Shown here piece after piece: positions 21,881 through 34,800 of a stretch of DNA of 64,000 nt (within the stretch, counting starts at the first letter, position 1; each line of letters starts with the position of its first letter). The position numbers were made by a program, and so were the translations under genes. The stretch lies in NCBI RefSeq assembly GCF_000002075.1, contig NW_004797300.1, forward strand, positions 2,240,222 to 2,304,221. Direction: 5' to 3'. Source of the DNA: Aplysia californica. Lineage: Eukaryota. Below the pieces are notes generated by a model. That model was not told the DNA's origin, ran no database searches, and saw nothing but the letters and a program-made list of their open reading frames with translations.

Positions 21881-24800
21881 ATAAAAGAAGGGGGTAGAAA
21901 TCTATACAAAGAAGTCCCCACTCCCACTCCCAGTAGCCATGCCAATTGAAGCACAGAACCAAACCAACAGCAATTGTGTAAGTTGAACACTCCTGCATGG
22001 ACTGCTATTTAAGGATGGAACAATTAGAATTCCGAATTTAACTGCCCTCCTTTAGCCCCCCCCCCACACACACACATTAGCAAAATTTCCATTCCTCGGA
22101 CAGCGCTGCGATTTATGAAGTCTCTTGGCGGGGAAAAGAGATGCATGGCCGAATTGCCTCACCTGCAAACTCGCAGCCGTGCAACGAGTGGAAATTACTC
22201 TAGCATAATAATATGCCGGGCCGTAAGACCGAGTCAAGTTGGGAGAAAGAGCTCTGAAAACGCCTGACACAAAAGTTTAAAAACGCCTCTTCGTGGGTGG
22301 TTGGTGGGGGCTTTGATTTTTAAAAATAAATTGTCATCTTGATCTCTCCATGAAAACGCTGCGCTAACTTGGTGCAGTTTTTAGGCCTACGTCTTAAAGA
22401 TAAATTTATTTCAACGAGAGGGGACGGGACATAATTCACAAAATATTTCAAGCATGAATAGGAACGTATTAAGTCCCTTCAATCTACTGCATCCGACCCC
22501 GAGCCGACATTATATTGATGGCGGAAGCCGCTTTATCGGCTGGCCGTCGTAATACGACAAGAAATTAACTTGACGTCGGCCTGATGTCAGCTTGACATCG
22601 TAATCCGCTTGTCTGACTTCTCTCTCTCTCTCTCTGTCTCTCTCTCTCTTTTCTGGCGCTGTGGCGTTAGCCCGCAGAAACTCAACTGTCGCTCGGGGGT
22701 CCTTGAAAAGTGCTGAAAGTGGGTTACTGAAATGTCCCAGAGGAGCTTGTATGACTTGCCAACTGCTGAATATCAAGCCAATGAAGTCGTTGTCAGGGTA
22801 CTGCTTACTCAAACAGCACTACTCCGAGCACTGACGATACTACTCGAGCGGCACGAGCAAGGCGCAACTCGCGAGTAATGAGTACATGAGCACACTCTAC
22901 AGTTTTAGGTTTTTTTTTAGTAAAAGTTTTACGGCACTTGCAACAAAATTATAGTATACAAGTGCCCATGAATAGAGGTGTTACACGGGAGTAACAAACA
23001 CACAAAAAAGGAGGAGATGTAAGGACGATAAATGTTAGATAGGAAAAAAGGAGCAAATCACACCAGAGCACCCACCAACCACCCGCACAGCACTATTATA
23101 CGCAGCTTATTCAACAAGAAAGATGATTAACAACATAAGCATTCCTTCATGGAAAAAAACCCAAACAACTTTATTACAGTTTTTTAAAAACAAATTCAAT
23201 AGAGACAAAAACTATGTAAGGAATGTTTGAGAAGCTTTTAAAGCTGCTGCACATGAGCAAATACAATCATTTAACGAACATGAGACATGAGAGGCAATGA
23301 TTTCAATATGGTTTGATGTGAATAATGCAATAATATAAAGTCAACAGGTACAACAGCATTTCTGCTCACATTAAAACTGACGCTAACAGGAAACATAGTT
23401 TGACTGCCACAAGCAGGATGCATGAATTATCTTAGATAATTTAAACATTTTTAAGATATATAATATATTTTAATTAATATATTCATAAACCTATGACAGT
23501 ACCTGGTATTGGTAGTAAACATGGAAAAAATAATTTAATTCACAACTTTAATCTTCATCAAGAATAAAGATAGTCATGTGGTAACATTGTCAGAAAAAAA
23601 AGCGTTTGGATGCTGTTGAGTATGCTTGAAAATAAAAAGTTGATCTTGCTCAAACACATTTAGAATAACAGTAATCTAATAATGACTGTACTGCAATGAA
23701 ACTGCTCTAGACTGGCAGCTAAGGTATAAATAGCTCCCACCATGAGAAGATTGATTTTGACTGGTTGTAAATTTCTAATGCCCCCCTCCCCCCCCAACGA
23801 CACATCATGTGTAATTTAGATTTTTAGGACTTGAGCTGTTTTGATCCTGCTTGTCAGGGCCAACACGGGCTATGTGGTGAATAACACACCAATAGGCGAA
23901 CAGAGACACTTGATAAAATAATCTCCCAAAATTAAAAACCTGTAAATTTTTTGCCATATAGACAGGCTGAAGGGCTAGAACTCAGATGGCCGCTGGATTG
24001 GAAAAGTAAAAAGTACCTCCCAACATTGCAACTGAACTTATATCTTTCTCAGCCATTAGCAGAGAACCTAACTACTTAACATCATAGACATCAGTCCAGA
24101 GCAGTTTGTCATTGCCTGCTCAGTACAAGTGTTCTTAGATATGAAAATAAATATTGTTATTTGGTCATAATAAGCCCTAATTTATTCATTTATAAGGCAC
24201 TGTGTCTTTGAAAGGGTACCACCTTGTGAATTTAATTTCGTTTTCATTTTAAAATCATGACGAGATTATAAATACTGTGTCATAACAAAAGGACTCTAGA
24301 CAGAGTGAAAGAATGGAATCTTTAGTGGTATAATTTTGAACAAAGCAAAATGTAAAACATTCTTTAAAAAAAAAAAGGTTCCAACATAAACCCGGTATCT
24401 GATTAAATCAGAAAGAATACAAAGTTCTACCCTTTCTTTCCTCCTCCCTTTTTTCTCCTTGTTTGTCATCATAAAAGATAACAGCAGAGTTCTCTCGACA
24501 ACAACATGAACAAGTGAAATATGAAAAAACAAACAACAATCAAGGGATCAATTGTTTCAATAACAATTCTGTAAAAATCTGCTGCAGTGGCAGAAAACAC
24601 AGCCAATTTTAGATTTTGAGCATAAAAAGGGCCAGGTGATGAGTGTAGAAAATAAAAGCAAAAATTAGGCCTGTTGAATGGCCAGTGGAAAACTCATCCA
24701 CTGGGGAAAATGGAAAGGTCAAACGAGTGTATGTGTTGATAACAAAACAAGATAAAACAGCAGTATGACGGATAAGAGACTATATTGTTGATAATGGTTA

Positions 24801-26615
24801 ACAGATCCCACACATGGACGTAGAAAGACCAATGGATAAGACACATGAATGGAGAAAGACTATCAAATTAAACATGCCACAGTAGAAAGACCTTTGAACT
24901 TGATGCATCTTTCCAGGAAGGCATAATTAATGGACTGCCCAGGCCACTGCTGATGAATGTCCAATGGATCCAACATGTCATCACAGAACAACAGTGAACA
25001 GACTCTACAAATTATTTTTAGAAAGGCTAAAAGTACCACTACATACACATCATAGGAGGAAATTTAAATGGGTTCCCAGAACAAAGGTCATTGTAGAAAG
25101 CCTGAAAAAATCAGTTCATGGGGTGCTCCGTTAGCTCAGTTTATATTATGTTGGAGCAGATGGTCCTGGTTCAAACCCAACTGGAATTTATAGAACTCAG
25201 GTTGTTTTTAGAAATTTTCAAGGCTCTCAACCCAACAGGCAGGGTCTTATTGGAAATGGACATTAAATTTGAAAGTGCTGCATCTGAAACTACCAAACAG
25301 AGTCGAAAGAGGCATTAAATCCTTGCACTTTTATTTACTTATTTCAGCGACAAAGACAAGATAATGGGTGATATCTTCCTTTCTACAATGGACAGCAATG
25401 AGAAAGAACTAGCAAAATGCATACAAAAAGGATTTCCTTAGCTTGATGGATACCGTAAAGACACTGTGATCGTGAGGAATGGCATATATATAAAAATAAA
25501 AATAACCCTGGAATAAGGAATACAATATTAGCAATTGTATATATTGGATTAAACTGTTGAAAAAAGAACAATGTAAAGTCGACACATCTTTGGAAATAAA
25601 TAGTAAACAAATATGGTACTAAAAAACAATAGGGCAATAGCATAACTCCACACCTGCCCTCATCCCTGAAAAAAGCTACTTGATATTTCTGCCTTTGACC
25701 TCAGTCGAGTGGAATGTCTCAAATTGTTTTGCAAACATAAAAACCCCCCATCTCATGGGGAAGAGCAAAAGGTTAAAACATTTGTGACTTTAAACTGTCA
25801 CCTTGGAGTACAAAAAGTACAAAGCTCTCTCTCTTGACTGTTGGGAATGATGCAAAAGTTTGGCAAATTATGCTTTAGCATATAATGTTTAAAACAAAAA
25901 GTATCCTGCAATGAAAGTTTGAGGGTTGCCAAGGAATAAAAGAGCAACACAGATGAAGCCAACAATTAAACCAATTCCCATAATAGGGAACAATTTTGTG
26001 TTGCGAAATGTCATCATGTATGAACCTCTGATTAATGACACATCATGGAAATGGATTCAAGGGTGAAAGTCTCTGCGTTGCTGGATTAAAAACAACTGGT
26101 TATAAATATGAACAATGAAACGAAATAACCAGTTACATGAAAAAAAAATCTCCTGAGCTTATTAACCGCATCAATGGTTTACATTGGTATTAAAGGCAAC
26201 AGTGGTATAGATTAAAAAGAGACAATATCGTTTAAAGAAGCCTTGGCTTCCACATATAACAATGGTTTGTATTGTTTACTCTGTTGAAGATAATTAACAC
26301 CTTGATAGAGATATAGAGTAGACAATATAACTCGTCAGGGACTCATGCACGCCTACACATATACATACACACTCACCCTTTCTCTCTTACACACACACAG
26401 TACTCTAAACATACAATACGCTCGCATACACACACATGCACCGGGGTTGAGAGAGCATAATATTGTACCTTTGCCGAAACAACCACCGGCTTGCGTAGTT
26501 TTCATATCTTTCGCCCACAGAAAGAATAGATATATTTTTGGTTTTCGGTACCTGCCTTGGCTTGAAAACATGAACAACAGAGTCACACTAGATATTTGCT
26601 ACAATAAAAACTAGT

Positions 26616-26787
26616 TTTTAGTTTTAGTAGAGGTGCACGCAACTGCATAAGGTCACATGAACGCCAGAAGATTAGAGGTGTTACAAGAGAGTAACAAACA
26701 TAAAAAAGAAGAAGGGGAGATAAGGACGATAGATGTTAGATAGGAAAGAAGAAACAAACCACACCAGAGCACCCGCTAATCACCCAC
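26616..26787 (-). mobile_element. Family-A short retroposon (~175-200 bp), representative of ~18 copies or remnants
   Basis: TSD ATAAAAACTAGT. Other copies near 2025, 6810, 9370, 9625, 12085, 20317, 22905, 34170, 40110, 42965, 52780, 54080 and 62888. Confidence 0.88.
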
Positions 26788-26806
26788 ATAAAAACTAGTA
26801 TGCAAC

Positions 26807-27194
26807 TAGACCTGCCAAGTACTCCTATAAAATCGAAGCCTATTATTTTTACTTCTATGGAAGAACTTTGATTGAATTTGCATAAAATCAAATTTTTCCT
26901 TGAAAGCCGCTTCCATCAGTTGTAAGCAACTTATCATAAATGAAAAGCAAAGTCCCCAGGTTTATTTTAAAAATTAGCGTGAACTATTGTAAGTAACATG
27001 AAAAATGCACATTTCTGTTCGCACCTATTTGTGTGTATTTGTAATACACATTTATTTGCTACCACCAATTTGTAACATAATCTGACTCAACTGGGGTTCC
27101 GGAGACTGGTTCTTACACCAAAACTTTGACTTTTTTAGGGAGGATACTGAGTAACTTCTATCTAGTTTTGGTCATGGAGGGGTTGGCAGGTCTA
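26807..27194. mobile_element. MITE with TIR TAGACCTGCCAA and 6-bp TSD TGCAAC
   Basis: TIRs and TSD read directly from the sequence. Confidence 0.75.
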
Positions 27195-27205
27195 TGCAAC
27201 CCTTT

Positions 27206-27738
27206 TGTTTGTTTGTTTTTGTAAAGTGTTTTACGGCGCTCGCAACTGCATAAGGTCATTATATGAGCGCACGGGATACACCTAATATTTTCAGTTGGTA
27301 GGAAATTTGGAATTTTGCCCGGGTGGTGGCCGAAGCCTACTCTTATCGATTTTAGACCACCAAGGGATCTTTAACGTGCGCAACTTGCACATGGGCCCTC
27401 CGAGATTTTTTGCCCTTGTACGAGAAGGCTAGGTGTAGATCTTTCCTACCAGAAGATCAGGGGTGTGGCAGAAAGACAGCAGTAAGGAGGAGCCAAGGAG
27501 TAGCAGTAGAAAGGCTGCAGAAAGAGTCAGGAGCCCAGAGGAGGGGGCAAAGGAGGCGTAGGGGTGGGGGCAGAAAGTGGAAATGAAAACAGACAACAGA
27601 ACATTGTTAGAGAGCAGGAAAGGAGGTGAAAGAAGACAATTTTTAGAGAAGAAAATTTTTTCGGTCGCTACCCGGAATCGAACCCGGGACCTTTGAATGA
27701 GAGGCCAACACCTTAACCTCTAGGCCACGAGAGCCCCC
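27206..27738 (-). mobile_element. Family-B SINE, full length
   Basis: tRNA-like head at 27665-27738; TSD TGCAACCCTTT. Confidence 0.88.
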
Positions 27739-28280
27739 TGCAACCCTTTGATGCAAAAGAGCAAAAAAGAAAACAAAGAAAAGACTAACCAACAAGTAGT
27801 TATGGTGAAAACATTACTATAGCAAACAAAGAAGATTTGGCATCTGATGTCAATATGGTGTTCAAAAGGAGGACAAATCATGATATATGAAAAATCGCCT
27901 TACATTTTTTTGTGAAAAGGTATACATTCGATGAGTCCTAGAAAAAAATATTTTCCTCATTGTTGTCCTTCAACCCTCAAATTATTACACATTTAGAGGA
28001 TCTGAATTGTGGCACAAAGCACAGGAATGATAACTTTAACATTATTTCCAGCTGGAAAATGTGGTTTGCAATGTAATTTCCTTCTCATTCTCAGCAGCAC
28101 AGAGGAAATTTTGCAGTCAAGGTACACATAGTTTTATAAAAATATAAAATTATACTTTAAACAGTAATTTTCGAATAAATAAGTTTAGAAAGATAAGTGT
28201 GACCAGACCCAATCCCTTCCTCAACTCAACAGTCAACTCCTCATCACCTCCCCCTCAAATTAAATATATTTAATCAATTA

Positions 28281-28327
<47 letters not shown>

Positions 28328-30743
28328 TTGGGGGTCTAAAAGAAGGCAACAACAGAACCTGATTTATAAACCAACTGATCAACTACCCCTAAAAATACCC
28401 TGCAAGTGAGTACATTGTACTGAAACTAGTCCATCAGCATTTCGCTCGGTGTATACAAAATCTGAAAATACATCTGAGTAACAAAATAATACATAATATC
28501 ATCATACTCTTAGAAAAAGCAAAAGAAGATTTTACACTTTTGTGACGCATAGGTGGGCAAATCTGTATGAAAAAAATGAGTATGTAACAAGTAAAACAGA
28601 CACTTATCTTGATATAAAAAGAAAGACAAAAAAACAAAAATACGTAACTAACTGGGTTTTAAAAAACATGGATTTTAGCCCTACCATCTTATGGTGCTGA
28701 ATATTTTCAGGAACCCAGAGGACTAAAAAGCTTCCAAACACAGGTTTTCACTTCTCTAGCAGGATGCCATCTAAAATATTATGCTCATGTACTAATATTC
28801 ACAAAGTCACTCAGTTTCTCTCAGACAGAGAAACTGCACATACAACACACACACACACAAACAGACACACACACACACACACTCCCACACACACACACAT
28901 ATACATCGCTGCTGCTATTCCATGTGAAATATAATGCAGCACGCTCTAACTCAATATACAGACAGAAAACAGTCATCAAAATCTTGTGTAAATTCTATGA
29001 TGATAATGACTTTTGAAGTACTGTATGTGTATCTTAAAGCTTGAATAAACAGAGCTTCGGAACATTTGTGTGGAGGCCTGAGAAAACCAAAGATCAGTTG
29101 CACTGACCAAAATTGAGTTATATGGTCCAACCCTAGCCCCCCCCCCCCGCCTAAAAAAAAAATCCCCAAAACTTTGGATTAAGCTAAAAAAAAAAAGAAA
29201 ACAGTGAACAAAGCAACATCTTTTCCTTCAATTTAAATAAAAGGTTTTCAACAGATAATGTTTTTAAATGCGTTACTGCTGGTAAAATTTCTTCTTGCCC
29301 TTCCTCTTACCCAGTATAAAGCAAAGATTCCACTCATCATATCACATCTACTTTCCCAGTGACAACACACTAGTAGAATTGAACATTTTTAGCCAAGAGT
29401 ATTGTATATTGTTGGAAAGGAAAGAGAAATAAAAAGTAGTCAAGAAAATCAACTTAAAATGCTCTTACAGTTTGTACATAAAAAAATTTATACTAACCGT
29501 TCAGCTGTTTTCCTCTGTTTTGTCATTCATGGGGTTGTTGACTTAAAACAAATTTACATCCATGAATTATAACACATTTTATTTTCTTCACAACTTTTAA
29601 AGTTTTCCTATGCCACAATACAATTGCCAATACGACTGAAACTGATGAAAAGTAAGTGGGATTAAACAGTAACAAAAAAAAAACTCCAACTGATTCCTTT
29701 CCAGGCCATTTGTGATGTGAACTTTCTACAGATAAGACAGCCCAATCACGACATACATTTTGTCCGTACAACATTATCTGAATACAAACAAGCAACAGCA
29801 AAGTTCTTAAAATAAAAATGAGAGCGGACTGCTGTTTTAAATCCTTCACAAAGAAATAAGATTGTTTGATACCTACAGTGAAACTATAGACAAATGCACA
29901 AAGCAAAAATGGCATCATCATAAAACAAGCAAAAAAGAAAAACAGACATGAAATCAACCAGTTAAGCAGTGACACTACATCTTCATCAGAAATATTATCT
30001 GCAACAAAATTATTGGCCTGAATAATTGGTTATTATGGCAGAAATATAAAAACATTATAACATTTAGTTTTGAGACCTGATAATTGAAATATTATAAAGT
30101 GTAAGATGCTTGCATAATATATATACACAAAAAATATTCATGTTCAAGCAACAATAGAATAACATCAATAATTTTGTCATGGAAATTCGAAAAAAAACCC
30201 ATTCTTGTGAGTTCATGACTGAGACTTTTTCCTAGTCCTTGTAATCAGAAAGGCTGTCAAGTCTAACAACATGCATCCACATCAGTCTACACACATGCAC
30301 GCTCATACATACACACCAAGAAATCGAATCACATGCATGCAGAAATATAAACACAAAGAAAGACAACTGTAATCAGAATAATTTAACAATGTAGTATTTT
30401 AAATAATATGCTCAAGGGGATTGGTGGAATGTACCAAACTGTGGAATGTACAGAACTCTTTCAATGAACCAAATTGTCCTCTGTACACAAAATGGCAATT
30501 GACAAAGAAAATGCATGTCTTTGCATCCCACTTTCTAAGTCTGGCTTAAAGTTCATCGCCCCTTCACTGTTTGAAAGGCTGTCTACGATCTGCATGCAGA
30601 CAAACAACAATCTCCAGCTTCTCCTCCATTCAATGAAGTATTTATATTCACTCAGATATATGGACAGTACAGTGGAGTCCACTCAAACCAAACACATTTG
30701 CTCCGAAAACAGCAGTAAACTGAAAAAAAAAATAGAATCCCCA

Positions 30744-30858
30744 TGCTATTTGTTCCCATTTTTTTTCTTTGCAATTTGTTCCCATTTTTTTCTTTTGCTA
30801 TTTGTTCCCATTTTTTTTCTTTGCTATTTGTTCCCATTTTTTTTCCTTTGCTATTTGC
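30744..30858. repeat. ~27-29 bp minisatellite, ~4 copies
   Basis: Unit TTGCTATTTGTTCCCATTTTTTTC. Confidence 0.9.
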
Positions 30859-31599
30859 ACAAATCTCAAAACAGAAAACCTGACCAAACTGAAGACTATC
30901 CAGCAGGCCCGCATTATTCGATCTAAGGGGACTGGACTGTATTATGATAAGTTGAATAGTTCATCCACAGAATGAAGAAAACAGGCGCTTTGTTCAACAG
31001 GACAAAGGTACTGTTTTGAAAGCACTGTTAGTTAATATTATACCTTAAGACATCATAGAAGGAATTTTGAAATTCGTTCGTTCCTAATCAAACCTAAAAA
31101 AAGATTGCAGCCTTCATGTCCATAACGCATAACACAGTCTGTTTCACTACAACAAAAAAAAAGGTTGAAATATCCAGACCTCTGGGAGCTTTTCTACAGA
31201 AAATGGAATCTGCAATTCAAAAGTCAAGCCTTGTTCTAGAAGATGAAGATTGTGGTGATGGCAGGTCAGTTTTTTAAATTTTCTCATCCTGCAAAAAGAA
31301 ATCACAGAAGGTCACTTCCAATTTTAAACTAGAGCCACACATATGAGGCAGGATTTCTGGAAACTTATGGGACTAAAAAAAAATAAACCCAAAACCCCTC
31401 ATAAAAGTGGAATTCTTCTTTCAATCCAAAGTAAAAATCTTTCCAACAAGAAACTTGGATCCTTCTTTCATCTAGCAATGCTGAAATTATCCAGGAAAGT
31501 TCGCAGTTCTTGCAGTACCCAAGTCAAGTCCTAGAGATCACATGTGTCCTGTATCTCATGTCCCAGGAAACCACCGACACGTCTTCCCTTGCAGCGTAC

Positions 31600-31884
31600 T
31601 CACAGGTGAGAGGATTCAAGAATTACAGGCTTGACTTCGGAGACAGTCGTAATATTGTTGTTGACATTGTTGTTTCCTGACATAATCGCCACTGCGGGAA
31701 CTTCTGGACTTCTGCGTGCACCAGCGATGCCGTTTATCTCTGCAGTGGTGGTGAACATGTGAGAAGGAGAACCAGACATGACCTCTACGCTGGGTAGTGG
31801 GTTCGCATCCTGTGGCATGATGTCCACTGCCACCGGGTTATCGTAGGCGTGTCTGTGAATGGCTTGAGGGCGAGATTGATGCAA
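31600..31884 (-). CDS. ATP11: Probable distal terminal exon of ATP11
   Basis: Strong acceptor ttttttcag, phase 0, 94-aa coding-like ORF LHQSRPQ...VILESSHL*. Confidence 0.7.
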   Translation of the reverse strand: MHQSRPQAIHRHAYDNPVAVDIMPQDANPLPSVEVMSGSPSHMFTTTAEINGIAGARRSPEVPAVAIMSGNNNVNNNITTVSEVKPVILESSHL

Positions 31885-34800
31885 CTGAAAAAAATAAAAC
31901 AAAACAAAATACAGATTTCATTAACAGATAAGATAACAACACATTTCAGCTCTCCTCATCAAGAATCAATAGTGCACTTTTGAGATATCTTCTGAGCTAC
32001 TTTCAATTAAAGTTTACAAAACTGTTTCAGTTGCAGATTTCAAACTAGCTTCTTTTAATTAAAAAAATCAAATAAGACAGTAAAAAAATACATGAACAGC
32101 TCTGGTGTAAAAGAAGAATTGATGAATCTGTTTTCACCAAATGAGATTGATAAACACATATTTAAGATACATTCATGTTAAGCAACAAATAATTTTATCA
32201 TGGCGGCAGGAGGAAAGCCAATCAGCCGCCCCTTTTCTGGTTCGAGATGACATAGTTCTTACCACACAAAACCAGAACTATGCTTTACAGAAGTGTATAG
32301 AAGTAAGAGAGTATTATTCTTATAACATTTCTATACATGAAATAAGAAAACATAACACAAGACTGAGGATTTGCTATCCTTAGAATTGCTTATTTCAAGA
32401 GCATTATTATCTATCATTAAACTTAAAGGCTAAAAGATAAACAGAAAGCGATTCACAGTACATAAATATCATGGTCAAATTGTCAAAAATGTTCTGAAAT
32501 AGATTCTAACTGGAAATAAAAAAGTATATTTCATACCTCATGAGGTCTACCTCAAATACAAAAACTATATTTTCAGATAAAGATAAGCATTTGAACTATG
32601 GTATATTTCACAGGTGTAATAAAACAAACATATAATAACAAAACAAGGATTGTTGTTGATTAGTATCCATATACACATACTTTCACCTAACAGTTACCAA
32701 AGAAGAAAATTGTCAATCCCTCTGCTAAGTAAGAGATCAACGACTAAAGATGTTAAAAAACTCTGCAAAAACAGAAGCACGACTGTAAAAAGTATTATTG
32801 TAAGTGCTAGAACCTGGAGTAATACGACAAAAAAGAGAAATGAACTAGGAGAAGAAAACTAGACAAAAATAGAAAACATTGCTAAATTAGGTCAGTGTGC
32901 AAAACAAACTTTACGCACACTGTACTACTACTGAGTATGATCAATAGAAACACATATCTGTAGAGACAAGTTTCTCTTAATTAAAAAACAAACTTTTTTC
33001 TCAAACCGTCAAAAGTGAAATTAAAGCAGTGTGCACAGCCAATTGATAATATCAACATCTAAACCAACTTAAAAGAATGAATTGCAAAATAATATATTAT
33101 TGCTATGAGTGGTACTAAAAAATGTGTCCAACATTATTTAAAAAAAAAAAGTTCTTGAATTGTTGAGTCTGAAAAAATAATTAATATTACCTATTGCAGT
33201 GCAAACAAAATTGTGCCATGCTTGCTCATAAATTCAAACTCTAGATCTAGACAATACAATATTGGAAAGAAAAGGGAACTGTGTGAGCAGGTCAGGTGTG
33301 TGTATGTGTGGTTGGGGTGGGGGTGTGTGGGGGGGATAAGGGAGTTTAGCTGGGATGACTGCACATCAAACAATGACAAGAGTCCACACAATTCACCGGA
33401 AGGGGCGACCAACCTCGATCCAGCCAGTCCCCAGGTGAAAGATAAAAAAAATGCCTCGGGCGGAGGTTAGCTGCGAATATAATGAATACGGATGTGTCTT
33501 CCCGATATGAAAAAAACCCTGAACTTTTCACACCCTGTAGAAATGTGTACGAGGGGATTAAAAAATTATGCAGCACGTAGTCTAATAACATCTTGTATCG
33601 AGACAATTTTCTTATGAAGTTTCTGAATATTTGTACATTTAAAATCCATACAATGTAAAAAAAATTGGAAGTTTGGATTTTTCTGGAAAATTGACACCTC
33701 TGTAAATAAGATGTCCCTGATCAATGAGTGCAGACCTTCCAGTATGGGGTGGCAGGTAGCACCACCACACCTCTTAGATTCAGAACCAATGATGGCTTCA
33801 TTTTGTGATATAGGACTGCGGACAGATATAAACTCTAACCCTTCCTTGGATGGGAGAACTATGGGTACAAATCCCCCCCCCTCCCTCCAGGCTCCCTGGG
33901 TAGATCTTTGGACGAAGAGCTGGAAAGCTGAAGACGGAGGTACAAAATGTTCTGGGTCTGCAGGCGAGTTGCAAAGAAGCCCGGTGCCAAACAAAAGCTA
34001 TTATGACATTTGGAGACGGATAAAATTCTTGAAACATAACATACTTGTACTCAGACTTAATTAAAATTATGATAAACAATAAGAACCTGCAAGTTCAGAT
34101 TTTGAAATCAAGCAACCCTACACATAATGCAGTGCTCATTCAAAGACAGTAAAGAGTGTTTTTTAAATTTTTAGCTTAAGTAAAGGGTTTGTGGCACTTG
34201 CGACACAAAAAGATGGTATAAGTGCCAAAGATTACGGGTGTCACGAGAGAGTAACATACAAAGAAAAGAAGGAGGAGAAAGGACAATAGCTGTTTTGACT
34301 AAATAGAAGGAACAAACAACAACAGAGTGCCCGCTAACCATCCACATATAGAGCACTCCCCAGTTTGAGAATATAACAACTTTTCTTTCAGAGTTCAATT
34401 CCTGCTCGGGGAAGTTATTTTACTGAGTTTGTCTGTGGGGATGCTTTATCCCACTAATGAAAGGTTGGTTCTGACAGGCAGAGTTGAAATTATCTACATG
34501 GTATCAATCTAAGGAGTGTAAAACATTTATCACTATGAATCATATCAACAAGCAAGAAAGTTATGTTTATGACGTTGTAGTGTTTAAAGTTTAAATGATT
34601 CTGCATGGTGTTCTAAAAAAGTTAAAGAATTTAACAAAGAAGTCGTCTAGGCAGCAGAAACATCCATCAATCACTAGATGACTGTCAAAAACAGTGTGTA
34701 CTCTCCTACGGACAATTTCTTCATGTTTTGTACAAAAGACTCGCATGACTCTAACAATCTTAAGCAACAAAATGAAATATATTCAGGAACTGCAACCGCG

